This document shows positions 1 to 9,378 of a stretch of DNA of 39,479 bases, piece after piece. The stretch's first letter is position 1; each line of letters begins with the position of its first letter. A program made the translations under genes and the position numbers. The notes under the pieces are model-generated. The model saw only the letters and a list, made by a program, of their open reading frames with translations. It was not told the DNA's origin and did no database searches. The DNA is from Acidimicrobiia bacterium (GTDB taxonomy: Bacteria > Actinomycetota > Acidimicrobiia > Spongiisociales > JAENVV01). The stretch covers positions 1 through 39,479 of the forward strand of contig JBFGJH010000025.1 of assembly GCA_041577335.1 (NCBI GenBank), given 5' to 3'.

Positions 1-18
1 CCGGGGAGGGCGAGGCCG

Positions 19-1215
19 ATGGCGGGTCATGAGGTAGAGCTGGCGGTCGTCGTCTCCCCTCGTGAATGGGCGGAGCGTCTCCATCGGTTCACGATGGACT
101 ATGGGGGCGCTCGTGTGCGAACTCGGGTGTTGTCACCGGACGACGCCCTCGGTGAGGAGTACCAGGTTCTCGTCATCGACGACGTGACGTCGTTTCTCAA
201 CCGGCGCCTCGTACAACAGGTTCAGGTGCGCGGCCGGCGCGTGCTTGGTGTGTACGACGGCGCCGAAGGGGACGATGGGCAACGTCGCCTCGCGGAGCTC
301 GGCGTCGATGCCACGATCGACGCTCGACGCGGCCCCGAAGAGTTCCTTCACGAAATCGATGCTCTGGGGCTTTCCGGGGCCGCCCCTATCGGTTCCGTCG
401 GCAACGACGAGCCGGTCCCGATCGACGCGCCCGATCCCTATCAGCGCGCTTCAGTTATCGCAGTCGGTTCGGCCGGAGGAGGCTGCGGCGCAACCGAGGT
501 GGCTCTGGCGTTGGCACATGCGATGACTTCGTCGACCCGTCCTGTGCTCATGGATCTCGACAACAGCCGACCATCGATCGCACAGCGACTCGGCCTCGAC
601 CTCCATCCCAACCTGCGCTCCACGGTGGATGCGCTGCTGCATTCTCCCGACCGGCTCGATTCCACGGTGCACCGCCTTCGGAATGGGGTCACCGTCGTGA
701 GTGGGCTTTCCAATCCAGCGGATTGGATCGAACTGCGAGACGGAGATGTCGTCGAGTTGATCAGAGAAATGACGGAACGATCGTCTTCGGTCATCGCCAA
801 TATCTCCGGGATGATCGAGGATCTCGCCTATTACGGCGGTCCCGGTCGATTCGGCCTGGCACGAGAGACCATTCGAGTCGCCGACGCCTTGGTGGTGGTG
901 ACCGTTCCGACACCGGTCGGCGTCGCCCGCCTTCTCGACTGGATTGCCACAGCCCGCCTGATCGCTCCAACCACGCCTGTGTTCGCGGTCGTCAATCGTT
1001 CCAACCGCTCGTCGTACGAGCAAGGTGAGCTCATCAGGGAAGTCCAGCGAACCTACACACCCGAGTCGATCACCTTTCTCCCGAATGACAAACGTGTCCA
1101 TGATGCCGCCTGGTCGGGCGAGTTTGTCACCGGCGGAGCTTTCTACAAGGGAGTTGCTGCGATTGCAGGAGACGCGGTGAACTCACGCCGCAGCGCCGCA
1201 GCAGTGGTTCGATGA
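19..1215 (+). CDS. TadZ/CpaE-like pilus localisation protein (receiver-like N-terminus + MinD/ParA-like domain)
   Basis: Degenerate deviant Walker A GSAGGGCGATEVA, LMDLD motif, ADALVVVTVP; stop overlaps tadA start (ATGA). Confidence 0.8.
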   Translation: MAGHEVELAVVVSPREWAERLHRFTMDYGGARVRTRVLSPDDALGEEYQVLVIDDVTSFLNRRLVQQVQVRGRRVLGVYDGAEGDDGQRRLAELGVDATIDARRGPEEFLHEIDALGLSGAAPIGSVGNDEPVPIDAPDPYQRASVIAVGSAGGGCGATEVALALAHAMTSSTRPVLMDLDNSRPSIAQRLGLDLHPNLRSTVDALLHSPDRLDSTVHRLRNGVTVVSGLSNPADWIELRDGDVVELIREMTERSSSVIANISGMIEDLAYYGGPGRFGLARETIRVADALVVVTVPTPVGVARLLDWIATARLIAPTTPVFAVVNRSNRSSYEQGELIREVQRTYTPESITFLPNDKRVHDAAWSGEFVTGGAFYKGVAAIAGDAVNSRRSAAAVVR

Positions 1216-2492
1216 TGACCAACGCCTACGACGAGATTCGCGGCGAAGCTGTCCGGCTGGTCGAAGAACGGAAACTCGATCCGAGTCGTGATCGCGATGG
1301 TGTGCGATCGGTCGTCGCCGAGGCAGTCGAGGAGTACCAACGGAGAGCCCACCTCGGGCAGTCGAGAGCGTTGCGTGATCCCAACGAGATGATCAATCGC
1401 ATCGTTCAGGCGATCGCCGATTTTGGGCCGCTCACCGACCTGTTTGCCGCCCCCGACGTCGAGGAGATCTTCATCGAGGGATCGCGAGTGAGCTACATCG
1501 ATGGATCGGGACTGCTCAAAGCCATGCCGGCAGCAACCACCGAGGAGGAGAACCGCCAGGTCGTGAACAGGCTGCTCGCCGACACCGACCGCCACCTCGA
1601 CACGTCCTCACCGATCGTCCAGGCACGGGTGCTGAGCGACACAGCTCGATTGACGGCGGTCATCAGCCCAGTTGCTGACAAGCTTTCGGTGACCGTGCGT
1701 CGCTACGCCCTTCGGAAAGAGACACTGACGTCCATGGTCGAGTTGGGCTCCCTCCCGCCGGCGGCTGCCGGGTTCCTGTGGGCAGTGATGCAGACGAACA
1801 TGAGCGCACTGATCTCGGGGCCGCCGGGTGCCGGCAAGACCTCGATGCTGGCGGCGATGATGACCTCCGCTCCGACCACGCACTGCCTGCGGTGTTGTGA
1901 GGAAGTCCGCGAGCTGCACGTTCCTATCGTGCACGGCTCGTACTACGAAGCGCGCCCGCCGTCGCTCGACGGCTCCGGCGAGGTGGCGCTACGCGACCTG
2001 GTGAAGGTGGTCCTGGCGATGCGGCCCGACCGGATCATCGTCGGCGAGGTGAGAGGTGCTGAAGCCTTTGAGCTGACCCGAGCCGTCAATGCCGGGTGTG
2101 GCTTTGCATGTACGGTCCACGCCAACTCGGCGCGAGAGGCGCTGAATGCCATCGTCAACGCCGCGTTGATGGCCGGGGAGAATGTCTCTGAGCCAATTGT
2201 GCGCAAGGTGTTCGCATCATCTATCGACTTCGTTGTCCACCTTGGCCGAGATTCAGTTGCGCAGTCTGGGGAGTCGGGCCTGCGCCGGCAGGTCCTCGAG
2301 ATTCTCTCGGTGGTACCTGCCATGACCGACGACTTCTCTGCGGAGTTCATTTTCAAGCGTGAAGGCCTTGGCAAACCCATGGAGTGGACCGGCGCGCTTC
2401 CTCCCGAGCAAACGACTGCCATCATCGAGCAGTCACTGCCACCGGATATGACGTTGCGGGCCATCCTCGAGGGACGGGTGAGCCCGCTATGA
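1212..2492 (+). CDS. tadA: TadA/CpaF pilus assembly ATPase
   Basis: Walker A GPPGAGKT, Walker B MRPDRIIVGEVRG, His box TVHANSA. Confidence 0.95.
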   Translation: MMTNAYDEIRGEAVRLVEERKLDPSRDRDGVRSVVAEAVEEYQRRAHLGQSRALRDPNEMINRIVQAIADFGPLTDLFAAPDVEEIFIEGSRVSYIDGSGLLKAMPAATTEEENRQVVNRLLADTDRHLDTSSPIVQARVLSDTARLTAVISPVADKLSVTVRRYALRKETLTSMVELGSLPPAAAGFLWAVMQTNMSALISGPPGAGKTSMLAAMMTSAPTTHCLRCCEEVRELHVPIVHGSYYEARPPSLDGSGEVALRDLVKVVLAMRPDRIIVGEVRGAEAFELTRAVNAGCGFACTVHANSAREALNAIVNAALMAGENVSEPIVRKVFASSIDFVVHLGRDSVAQSGESGLRRQVLEILSVVPAMTDDFSAEFIFKREGLGKPMEWTGALPPEQTTAIIEQSLPPDMTLRAILEGRVSPL

Positions 2493-3385
2493 GGCTGGCC
2501 GCTGCCGCCCTGTCGGCTGTCTTCGTCTATTTCGCGGTCGGATATCTCACCGGGAACGCGCCCCAGATCCAGTTCAGGTCGAGTCGCAAGCAGCAGGTCA
2601 GCCCTCGCCAACTCTGGCTCCAGCAAGCGGGTGTCGAGCTCAGCCCGATTCAGTTCTGGATGGTCTCGCTTGGTGTTGGCTTCCTGGCGTTTCTGCTGTT
2701 GCTCTTGATCACTGGGATCCCGATGGTGGCGCTCGTTCCGTCGGTCGGCCTGGCTTTCTTGCCGAGGTTCTACTTCGCTCGACAGCGTGCGGTTCGCCTC
2801 GCCGAGGTTCAGAAGGCATGGCCCGATGGCCTCCGTGACTTGACTGCTTCGATCAATGCCGGCATGTCACTGCCTCGTGCCATCGAGGCGCTCGCCAACA
2901 AGGGCCCCGATCCCCTGCGGAGGGCGTTCGAGCGGTTTTCGCTGTTGTCACGGACCGTCGGCGTTGTTCCCGCGCTGGAGATCATCAAAGAAGAGGTCGC
3001 CGACGCCACTTCGGATCGAGTGATCGAGGTGTTGATCCTGGCCTATGAGCGGGGCGGCAACATCGTTCCCGAGATTCTCAACGATTTGGCCGACGCCACC
3101 ACTCAGGATCTCTGGACCATCGAGGAGATCCAGTCGGAAGCTCTCGAGCAGCGCATCAATGCCCGCATCGTGTTCGTCCTGCCTTGGTTCGTGCTCATCG
3201 TGCTGACGATGTTCCAAGGCCAATACGCCACGTTTTATCGATCGACGTTGGGCGGGCTGGTGATTCTGGTCGGCGCAGCTCTCAGCCTCTTCGGAATCTG
3301 GCTCGTCGGCCGTTTGATCGCCGAGCCGCCCGAGCGGCGGGTGCTGGGTGGCGCAGCCACGATCCAAGGGGGAGATCGAGTGTGA
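2489..3385 (+). CDS. tadB: TadB (T2SS F-family) membrane platform protein
   Basis: Start placed at ATG 2489 (ATGA overlap with tadA stop); TM helices; WPDGLRDLTASINAGMSL and ERGGNI motifs. Confidence 0.88.
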   Translation: MRLAAAALSAVFVYFAVGYLTGNAPQIQFRSSRKQQVSPRQLWLQQAGVELSPIQFWMVSLGVGFLAFLLLLLITGIPMVALVPSVGLAFLPRFYFARQRAVRLAEVQKAWPDGLRDLTASINAGMSLPRAIEALANKGPDPLRRAFERFSLLSRTVGVVPALEIIKEEVADATSDRVIEVLILAYERGGNIVPEILNDLADATTQDLWTIEEIQSEALEQRINARIVFVLPWFVLIVLTMFQGQYATFYRSTLGGLVILVGAALSLFGIWLVGRLIAEPPERRVLGGAATIQGGDRV

Positions 3386-4344
3386 TCGTCGACGACACGG
3401 GTCGGGTCATTCTGGCGGCGCTGTTGAGCGCGATCGCGGTTGGGGCTCTCGCCACCATGTTCGTCCGCCCAACCCGGCGCCTCGCTCACCGGGTCCGCCC
3501 CTATACCGTGATCAGTCGAACGTCGCTCGGGCGCAGCCCCGACCTGGTATCGCCCAGCTCGGCAGCATTCGGTTCAAGCCAGGTCGGCAAGGTGTTCGGG
3601 CCAATCCTCTCGTCGGTTGCCAACCGACTCGGCCGTGCTGTCGACTCGTCGTCCGAAGACGCACTCCTGCTCAAGCTCCGCAACGCCGGCATGTTTGATC
3701 ACTTACCCGAGAACCAGCGAATCATGGAGTACCGAATCCGTATGTTGGGGGCGGCCGTGGTCGGGGCCGTTGGGTTCGGCTTCCTCGGGTTTGTGGTGTT
3801 CGGTTCGGCCGGGGGAGTGCTGACGTTCGGCCTTCTTGGATTCATCGCCGCCGTTGGCCGGCGACGAGGTGCGGTCGATCGGGCTGTCCAGGAGCGCATC
3901 GAGCGGATGCGGATTGAGATCTACACCGTGAATCAGCTGTTGGCGATGCATATTCGCGTTGGCGGCGGTGTGGTCCAGGCTGTCCAGCATCTCGTATCGC
4001 GTGGAACGGGAGAGGTGATAGGAGAGCTGGCCGAGGCGCTGCGGCTGCATCGCAGCGGAATGCCTGCCGCGGATGCTTTCGAACGGGCGGCCCGCTTGAC
4101 CGCCGACACCAATAGCGCCCGAACGTATTCGCTGTTGGCCGCGGCTGAGGAGCGGGGGTCGGACCTGGCCGATGCCCTGCTTGCGCTGGCAGAGGACGTG
4201 CGCGAGTCGCGCCGGGAGGCGCTCAAGCGGGCGGCAACCAAACGAAGGGCGGCAACCCTCATCCCGACGATTGCCATCCTCGCCCCTATTCTGCTGGGTT
4301 TTGTGGCCGCGCCACTGCCCTCATTTATTTTTGGAAACGTCTAA
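3382..4344 (+). CDS. tadC: TadC (T2SS F-family) membrane platform protein
   Basis: GTG 3382 overlapping tadB stop; AEERGSDLADALLALAEDVRESRR motif; C-terminal TM with LIP...P. Confidence 0.85.
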   Translation: MIVDDTGRVILAALLSAIAVGALATMFVRPTRRLAHRVRPYTVISRTSLGRSPDLVSPSSAAFGSSQVGKVFGPILSSVANRLGRAVDSSSEDALLLKLRNAGMFDHLPENQRIMEYRIRMLGAAVVGAVGFGFLGFVVFGSAGGVLTFGLLGFIAAVGRRRGAVDRAVQERIERMRIEIYTVNQLLAMHIRVGGGVVQAVQHLVSRGTGEVIGELAEALRLHRSGMPAADAFERAARLTADTNSARTYSLLAAAEERGSDLADALLALAEDVRESRREALKRAATKRRAATLIPTIAILAPILLGFVAAPLPSFIFGNV

Positions 4345-4378
4345 TTCGCATGAGACAATGCCCGAACGGAGGTAATCG

Positions 4379-4585
4379 ATGGCAACCCCAACGGCATACG
4401 CCGAGGCAGTCCTAACCAGGGCACTTGACCGCATTTGGCGGGACGAGCGAGGGCTGAACACTGCTGAGTTGCTCGGCAATGCTGCCCTCGCCATCGTTGC
4501 ACTGGTAGCCATCTGGGCCGCGCTTCAAGCGCTGGGCGTTGACATTGTCGAGCTCATTCGCTCCCGCGTCACGTCTGAACTCTGA
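4379..4585 (+). CDS. Flp-type major pilin
   Basis: 68 aa; RDERG|LNTAE class III signal with Glu+5, then a hydrophobic helix; SD GGAGGT at 4369-4374. Confidence 0.8.
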   Translation: MATPTAYAEAVLTRALDRIWRDERGLNTAELLGNAALAIVALVAIWAALQALGVDIVELIRSRVTSEL

Positions 4586-4949
4586 GTCGGGGTACTCCAC
4601 CCCGGCGGTGATCGCAGCGGCCGGAATGGCCATGTTCTTCTTCGTCGCGTTTGCCAATCTGATCGCCTACCAATACGCAATAGGAGCGATCCGCCTGTCA
4701 ATGGACGAGGGCGTCAGAGCGCAAAGCCGAGCCGAGGCACCGGTCAACGAGTGTGAGGCGGTGGCCAACGCCTCCCTCGATGGCTTGTTGGGGGGCTCGA
4801 TGGGAGCAGGGGTCACGATTTCCTGTTCCGACAACGGTGCCACAGTGACTGCCCAGGCGAATGGGACGTTGGATTCGTTCTCTCCCTGGGTTCCCGACCG
4901 GGACGTGTCAGATCTCCTGGCTACTGCTGTGAAAGACGAGCTGCCGTGA
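4539..4949 (+). CDS. TadE-like minor pilin (start uncertain: TTG 4539 or CTG 4575)
   Basis: SESG|YSTPAV followed by a hydrophobic helix, DEGVRA motif, two Cys; position in the tad operon. Confidence 0.7.
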   Translation: MTLSSSFAPASRLNSESGYSTPAVIAAAGMAMFFFVAFANLIAYQYAIGAIRLSMDEGVRAQSRAEAPVNECEAVANASLDGLLGGSMGAGVTISCSDNGATVTAQANGTLDSFSPWVPDRDVSDLLATAVKDELP

Positions 4950-5398
4950 TGTGGAGCAACGACGACGGGAATGCCGTCGTGGAGCTGCCGCTCGCGGTAG
5001 CGGTGTTACTCATTCCGGTGGCGTATCTCGCGCTTATGTTCGCCCCGTGGTCGCAGCACATGAACATGGCCGATCTGGCCGCGTCGGAAGCGGCCCGGGC
5101 CATCGCCACGGCGCCTGATCGAGCCGCCGACCTCGGTGCGGTCAACAACCTCGTAACCACCATCGCCACCAATCACGGGGTCGATCCCGCCGATGTAGCC
5201 GCGTCTTTCTGCGCACAGGTCGACGCTCCAGCTGTGCGAGCGAATTGCCTCGATCTGCGGAGAGGCACCGTCGTTCGGGTCACCGTGACCGTGCAGATGC
5301 CGCTGTTGGAGGTGCCGATCTGGAACGCCGGAGGCGGGACTATCTCGTGGACGGCCACCCACGACGAGCAAGTCGACCTCTATCGGAGCTTCGGATGA
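4946..5398 (+). CDS. TadE-like minor pilin
   Basis: DDG|NAVVE prepilin motif, TM helix, AASEAARA motif, Cys pair; coupled by GTGA overlap. Confidence 0.82.
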   Translation: MMWSNDDGNAVVELPLAVAVLLIPVAYLALMFAPWSQHMNMADLAASEAARAIATAPDRAADLGAVNNLVTTIATNHGVDPADVAASFCAQVDAPAVRANCLDLRRGTVVRVTVTVQMPLLEVPIWNAGGGTISWTATHDEQVDLYRSFG

Positions 5399-5856
5399 TG
5401 CCCGCATCGGTCGAGTCGAGGCTCACCAGGGTCAGGCGGTCGGCGGGACGCGAAGCCGGACAGATCACCTTGTGGGTTTTGGGCCTGTCCATCGGCGTGC
5501 TCATCCTCGGGGGGATCAGCGTCGACCTCTGGCGGGTGTTGGCCGTTCGCACCGAGCTCGGATCGTTGGCCGATTCGGCCGCCATTGCGGGCGGCTCGGG
5601 AATTGACGAGGACGTGTTTCGTGCGAGCCCCGATCTTTCCGTCGCCATCGTCCTCGAGGATGGCCGTGCCCGAGCCCTCGCCGCCCAGGTTCTCGTAGGT
5701 GAGACATTCGCCACCGCGCCCGCCATAGATGTCCAGCCGCAATTGATCACGGTGGTACTCGAGCGTGAGGTCGAATTCACGCTGCTCGACATGGTGGTTC
5801 CGGGAGGTTCGTTTACCGTGAGAGCCACCGGACGGTCGCAACCCCGACCCGGATGA
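5395..5856 (+). CDS. TadG-like (Tad N-terminal domain) pseudopilin
   Basis: ATG 5395 (ATGA overlap); REAG|QITLW...VDLWRVLAVRTELGSLADSAAIAG is typical of the Tad domain. Confidence 0.8.
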   Translation: MMPASVESRLTRVRRSAGREAGQITLWVLGLSIGVLILGGISVDLWRVLAVRTELGSLADSAAIAGGSGIDEDVFRASPDLSVAIVLEDGRARALAAQVLVGETFATAPAIDVQPQLITVVLEREVEFTLLDMVVPGGSFTVRATGRSQPRPG

Positions 5857-6446
5857 CCGCCGCTCCAGAGCCCGGAAGCCCACTTCCACAGTGGCGGCGG
5901 TTGGCCGGCTACGTAGTGGTGGCGGTGCTGGCGGTTGTGCTCATCGCACTGTCGCTGCGCTCTGACAGGTCCGCGACGGATCAGCCCGTCTCGACCGGCG
6001 TCGGGTCGTCGCCGGTGGTGTCGACGTTTCCGCGGCCTTCATCGTCGGTGGTGACGGATTCTGGCGCGCCGGTTGCGACGGCGCCCTCACCGGCGGACGT
6101 CGAGGATGAGGTCAGGAGCGCAGCTGTCAGGGCGCTGGACGCCTGGGGCGAATTCGCGGTCACGGGAGATCTCGACACGATGCAACCGTGGGTTTGGAAC
6201 GATGGTCCGCAATGGGTCAACCTCGAGTCGGAGGCACCGGGGATCATCGAGCGAGACGATACCGGGCCGGCGTACGCCGTCGGGATTGCGGAATCGGCAA
6301 TCGACATGCAGAACGACACGGCGATCCTGACGGGCTCCGTTTCGTTTACACGTTTGGGCGAACAGGACCAAACGTACCGCTGGGTATTGAGCTTCGAGCG
6401 GCGAGATGGCGAGTGGCGGATCTGGTCTGTGACCGATGGCGCCTAG
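5853..6446 (+). CDS. Membrane-anchored hypothetical protein, Ser/Pro/Thr linker + probable NTF2-like domain
   Basis: N-terminal TM helix, low-complexity linker, C-terminal LSFERRDGEWRIWSV strand; ATGA-coupled to the tadG-like gene. Confidence 0.7.
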   Translation: MTAAPEPGSPLPQWRRLAGYVVVAVLAVVLIALSLRSDRSATDQPVSTGVGSSPVVSTFPRPSSSVVTDSGAPVATAPSPADVEDEVRSAAVRALDAWGEFAVTGDLDTMQPWVWNDGPQWVNLESEAPGIIERDDTGPAYAVGIAESAIDMQNDTAILTGSVSFTRLGEQDQTYRWVLSFERRDGEWRIWSVTDGA

Positions 6447-6455
6447 GCGGCGCTT

Positions 6456-6485
6456 TTGCTCGCGGCGGGATATGTCGGGCATAAT
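6456..6485 (+). promoter_or_regulatory. Putative sigma70-type promoter for rplY-pth
   Basis: TTGCTC (6456-6461), 18-nt spacer, CATAAT (6480-6485); SD AAGGAG at 6507-6512. Confidence 0.5.
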
Positions 6486-6519
6486 GGGCGTACCCCACAT
6501 GCCTCCAAGGAGCTCTGTC

Positions 6520-7197
6520 ATGGACATCACGCTGGTCGCCCAAACGGGCCGTGCGCAGGGAAGCGCGGCTTCGCGCCGCCTCCGGCGCGAAGGCCTCGTC
6601 CCGGCCGTCGTGTACGGCCGCGATCTCACCCCGTTGGCCGTTGCTGTCGACCACCGGGAACTGATGGCCGCGCTGGCAACCGATGCCGGCCTCAACGCCA
6701 TCATCTCGCTCGATGTCGAGGGCGGCGACACGCTCACCACGCTGGCTCGCGAGATCAAACGACACCCGTACAAGCCACGTATCGACCACCTCGATTTCAT
6801 CCAGATCTCGCTCACCGAGGTCGTTGAGGCCTCGGTGGGGCTCGAGCTCACGGGCGAACCCGTCGGCGTGCGAGAAAGCGGTGGCATCATCGAGACCATC
6901 AACACGACCGTGTTGATCGAGGCGCTGCCTGCCGAGATTCCCTCATCGATCGAGCTCGACATCTCCGACATGGAACTGAACGACACCATGACGGTCGCCG
7001 ATCTACCGGTGTTGGCCGGGGTTTCCTATCTCGATCCCGAGGACACTCCCATCGTGTCCATCTCGATACCTTCGGCCCTTCTTGCCGAGGAAGAGGAAGA
7101 GCTGGAAGAGGGCGAAGAGATCGAGGGCGTCGAGGGCGAAGAGGGAGCCGAGGAGTCGGAAGGCGAGTCCGCCGAAGGCTCCGACAGCGGCGAGTAA
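6520..7197 (+). CDS. rplY: 50S ribosomal protein L25/Ctc
   Basis: SRRLRREGLVPAVVYG, HP...IDHLDF, GEPVGVRESGG, acidic tail; start at ATG 6520 after SD. Confidence 0.96.
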   Translation: MDITLVAQTGRAQGSAASRRLRREGLVPAVVYGRDLTPLAVAVDHRELMAALATDAGLNAIISLDVEGGDTLTTLAREIKRHPYKPRIDHLDFIQISLTEVVEASVGLELTGEPVGVRESGGIIETINTTVLIEALPAEIPSSIELDISDMELNDTMTVADLPVLAGVSYLDPEDTPIVSISIPSALLAEEEEELEEGEEIEGVEGEEGAEESEGESAEGSDSGE

Positions 7198-7204
7198 GCA
7201 CCTC

Positions 7205-7783
7205 GTGCCCGTCATCGCCGGGCTTTGGAATCCGGAGTTCAAATACCACGGCACCCGCCACAACGTCGGAGCGGAAGTCATCGACGTTCTCGCCCGTCGA
7301 TGGGACGTTGATCTCAAAAAAGGCCCTATGCGAGTGCGCGCCGACGTGGGACGGCTCACGGTGCGCGGCACCCCCGTGATCCTGGCCCTGCCGCTGGCTT
7401 CGATGAACGTGTCTGGCCCATCTGTGCTGAGCGTTCTGCGCTATTTCAAGGAAGAACCCGAGGAGATGCTCGTCGTCCACGATGACATCGACCTGGCGTT
7501 CGGCCGGCTCCGGTTGCAGACGGGCCGGGGCTCCGGGGGCCACAACGGGATCAAGAGCGTGACGCAATCGCTGGGCTCCAAGGACTTCCAACGGCTGAAG
7601 GTGGGGATCGGACGTCCTCCCGGATCCACCGATCCGGCAACGTATGTGCTAAAGCCGTTCTCGAAGGCGGAGCGGCCCGAAGTCGACTTGCTCGTCGACG
7701 ACGCCGCCGACGTGGTCGAGGTCTGGCTCTCCGACCAGGATCGGGCGGTTCGACTTGCCGGTGAGCGGCGCCTACCCGAATAG
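7205..7783 (+). CDS. pth: Peptidyl-tRNA hydrolase
   Basis: GTG 7205; TRHNVG, MNVSG, VVHDDID, GGHNG, RLKVGIGRP motifs. Confidence 0.95.
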   Translation: MPVIAGLWNPEFKYHGTRHNVGAEVIDVLARRWDVDLKKGPMRVRADVGRLTVRGTPVILALPLASMNVSGPSVLSVLRYFKEEPEEMLVVHDDIDLAFGRLRLQTGRGSGGHNGIKSVTQSLGSKDFQRLKVGIGRPPGSTDPATYVLKPFSKAERPEVDLLVDDAADVVEVWLSDQDRAVRLAGERRLPE

Positions 7784-7843
7784 CGCCGGTCGGGCAGGGC
7801 TGGTGCGGCTACTCGCAAGAGTTGCGGTTTAGGGTAAAGCGCT

Positions 7844-9334
7844 ATGAAGTATGTGGGCGCTTTCGACCAAGGCACGACCAGTTCTCGATTCCTCATTTTC
7901 GATCATGGCGGGCGGGTGGTGGGCCATGCCCAACAGGAACACGAACAGATCTTTCCCAATGCTGGCTGGGTGGAACACGATCCTGAGGAAATCCGCCGGC
8001 GCATGTGGGACATCATCGACGATGGCCTCGATATCGCCGGGTTGACGGCCGGAGATCTCGTTGCGGTGGGGATCACCAACCAGCGAGAGACCACGATGCT
8101 GTGGGACAGAGCGACCGGCCAACCCGTCGCCAACGCCATCGTGTGGCAGGACGTTCGGACTGCTGGCCTGTGCGAGGAGCTCGGTGGAACCGAAGGTCAA
8201 GACCGTTTCCGAGACAAAACAGGCTTGCCGATCGCCACCTATTTCGCAGGCCCCAAGGTCCGCTGGCTCCTCGATCAGGATGATGACCTACAGCATCGGG
8301 CGGAAGCCGGCGAGCTGGCTTTCGGCACCATGGACTCGTGGGTGATCTGGAATCTCACCGGCGGTGTCGACGGAGGCCTGCATATCACCGACGTGACCAA
8401 CGCCAGCCGGACCTTGCTGATGAATCTCCGGACTCTCGATTGGGACGACGAGCTTTTGGATGCGATCGGCGTGCCGAAAGGCATACTTCCCGAGATCCAT
8501 TCGTCGGCCGAGGTATACGGCACCGCGACCGGGTCCCTCACCGGCGTGCCGATAGCGGGCATTCTCGGCGATCAGCAGGCCGCACTGTTCGGTCAGACGT
8601 GCTTTGAGCCCGGCGAGGCGAAGAACACGTACGGAACCGGCTGCTTCATGCTGATGAACACCGGGGCCGAGATCGTGACCTCCCATCACGGGCTCCTCAC
8701 CACGTTGGGATATCGGATCGGCGACGAGCAGCCGATCTACGCCCTCGAGGGCTCGATCGCCATTGCCGGTGCTCTGGTGCAGTGGCTTCGAGACAACCTC
8801 GGCCTCATCGAGGATGCCGCCGAGATCGAGTCGCTGGCGGCATCGGTCGACGACAACGGTGGCGTGTACTTCGTCCCTGCGTTCTCCGGGCTGTTCGCCC
8901 CGTACTGGCGGTCGGACGCTCGCGGGGTCATCGCCGGCCTCACCCGGTTTGCCACCAAGGGGCACATCGCCCGGGCTGCATTGGAGGCGACGGCTTTTCA
9001 GACGCGTGAGGTGCTCGATGCGATGAACGAGGATTCGGGAGTCGGGCTCACCGCCCTCAAAGTCGACGGCGGCATGGTCGCCAACGAGCTGCTGATGCAG
9101 TTCCAGGCCGACGTTCTCGACGTACCCGTTGTTCGGCCCCAGGTTGCCGAGACGACCGCGCTCGGGGCTGCCTATGCAGCCGGGCTCGCCGTCGGGTACT
9201 GGTCCTCGCAGGAGGAACTCAAGGAGAATTGGGCGGTCGCCCGACGATGGGAGCCACGCATGGCGGCCGCATCGCGCGACCGGCTCTACGCCGATTGGAA
9301 GAAGGCCGTCGAGCGCACATTCGACTGGATGTAA
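7844..9334 (+). CDS. glpK: Glycerol kinase
   Basis: [48 protein letters not shown]. Confidence 0.98.
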   Translation: MKYVGAFDQGTTSSRFLIFDHGGRVVGHAQQEHEQIFPNAGWVEHDPEEIRRRMWDIIDDGLDIAGLTAGDLVAVGITNQRETTMLWDRATGQPVANAIVWQDVRTAGLCEELGGTEGQDRFRDKTGLPIATYFAGPKVRWLLDQDDDLQHRAEAGELAFGTMDSWVIWNLTGGVDGGLHITDVTNASRTLLMNLRTLDWDDELLDAIGVPKGILPEIHSSAEVYGTATGSLTGVPIAGILGDQQAALFGQTCFEPGEAKNTYGTGCFMLMNTGAEIVTSHHGLLTTLGYRIGDEQPIYALEGSIAIAGALVQWLRDNLGLIEDAAEIESLAASVDDNGGVYFVPAFSGLFAPYWRSDARGVIAGLTRFATKGHIARAALEATAFQTREVLDAMNEDSGVGLTALKVDGGMVANELLMQFQADVLDVPVVRPQVAETTALGAAYAAGLAVGYWSSQEELKENWAVARRWEPRMAAASRDRLYADWKKAVERTFDWM

Positions 9335-9378
9335 TACCGCGATCGTCCCGGTACCATCGAACGTCGGAGGAGGACGCC

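Noticed and set aside
1..32. 3' end of an upstream gene (possibly cpaB/SAF) ending at TGA 30-32
   Set aside because: Too little sequence to support a call.
7085..7194. GAG/GAA-rich repetitive stretch
   Set aside because: This is the usual acidic tail of long L25/Ctc proteins.
7807..7826. ACTC-GCAA-GAGT mini-hairpin before glpK
   Set aside because: The stem is too short and has no clear U-tract; it cannot be supported as a terminator.
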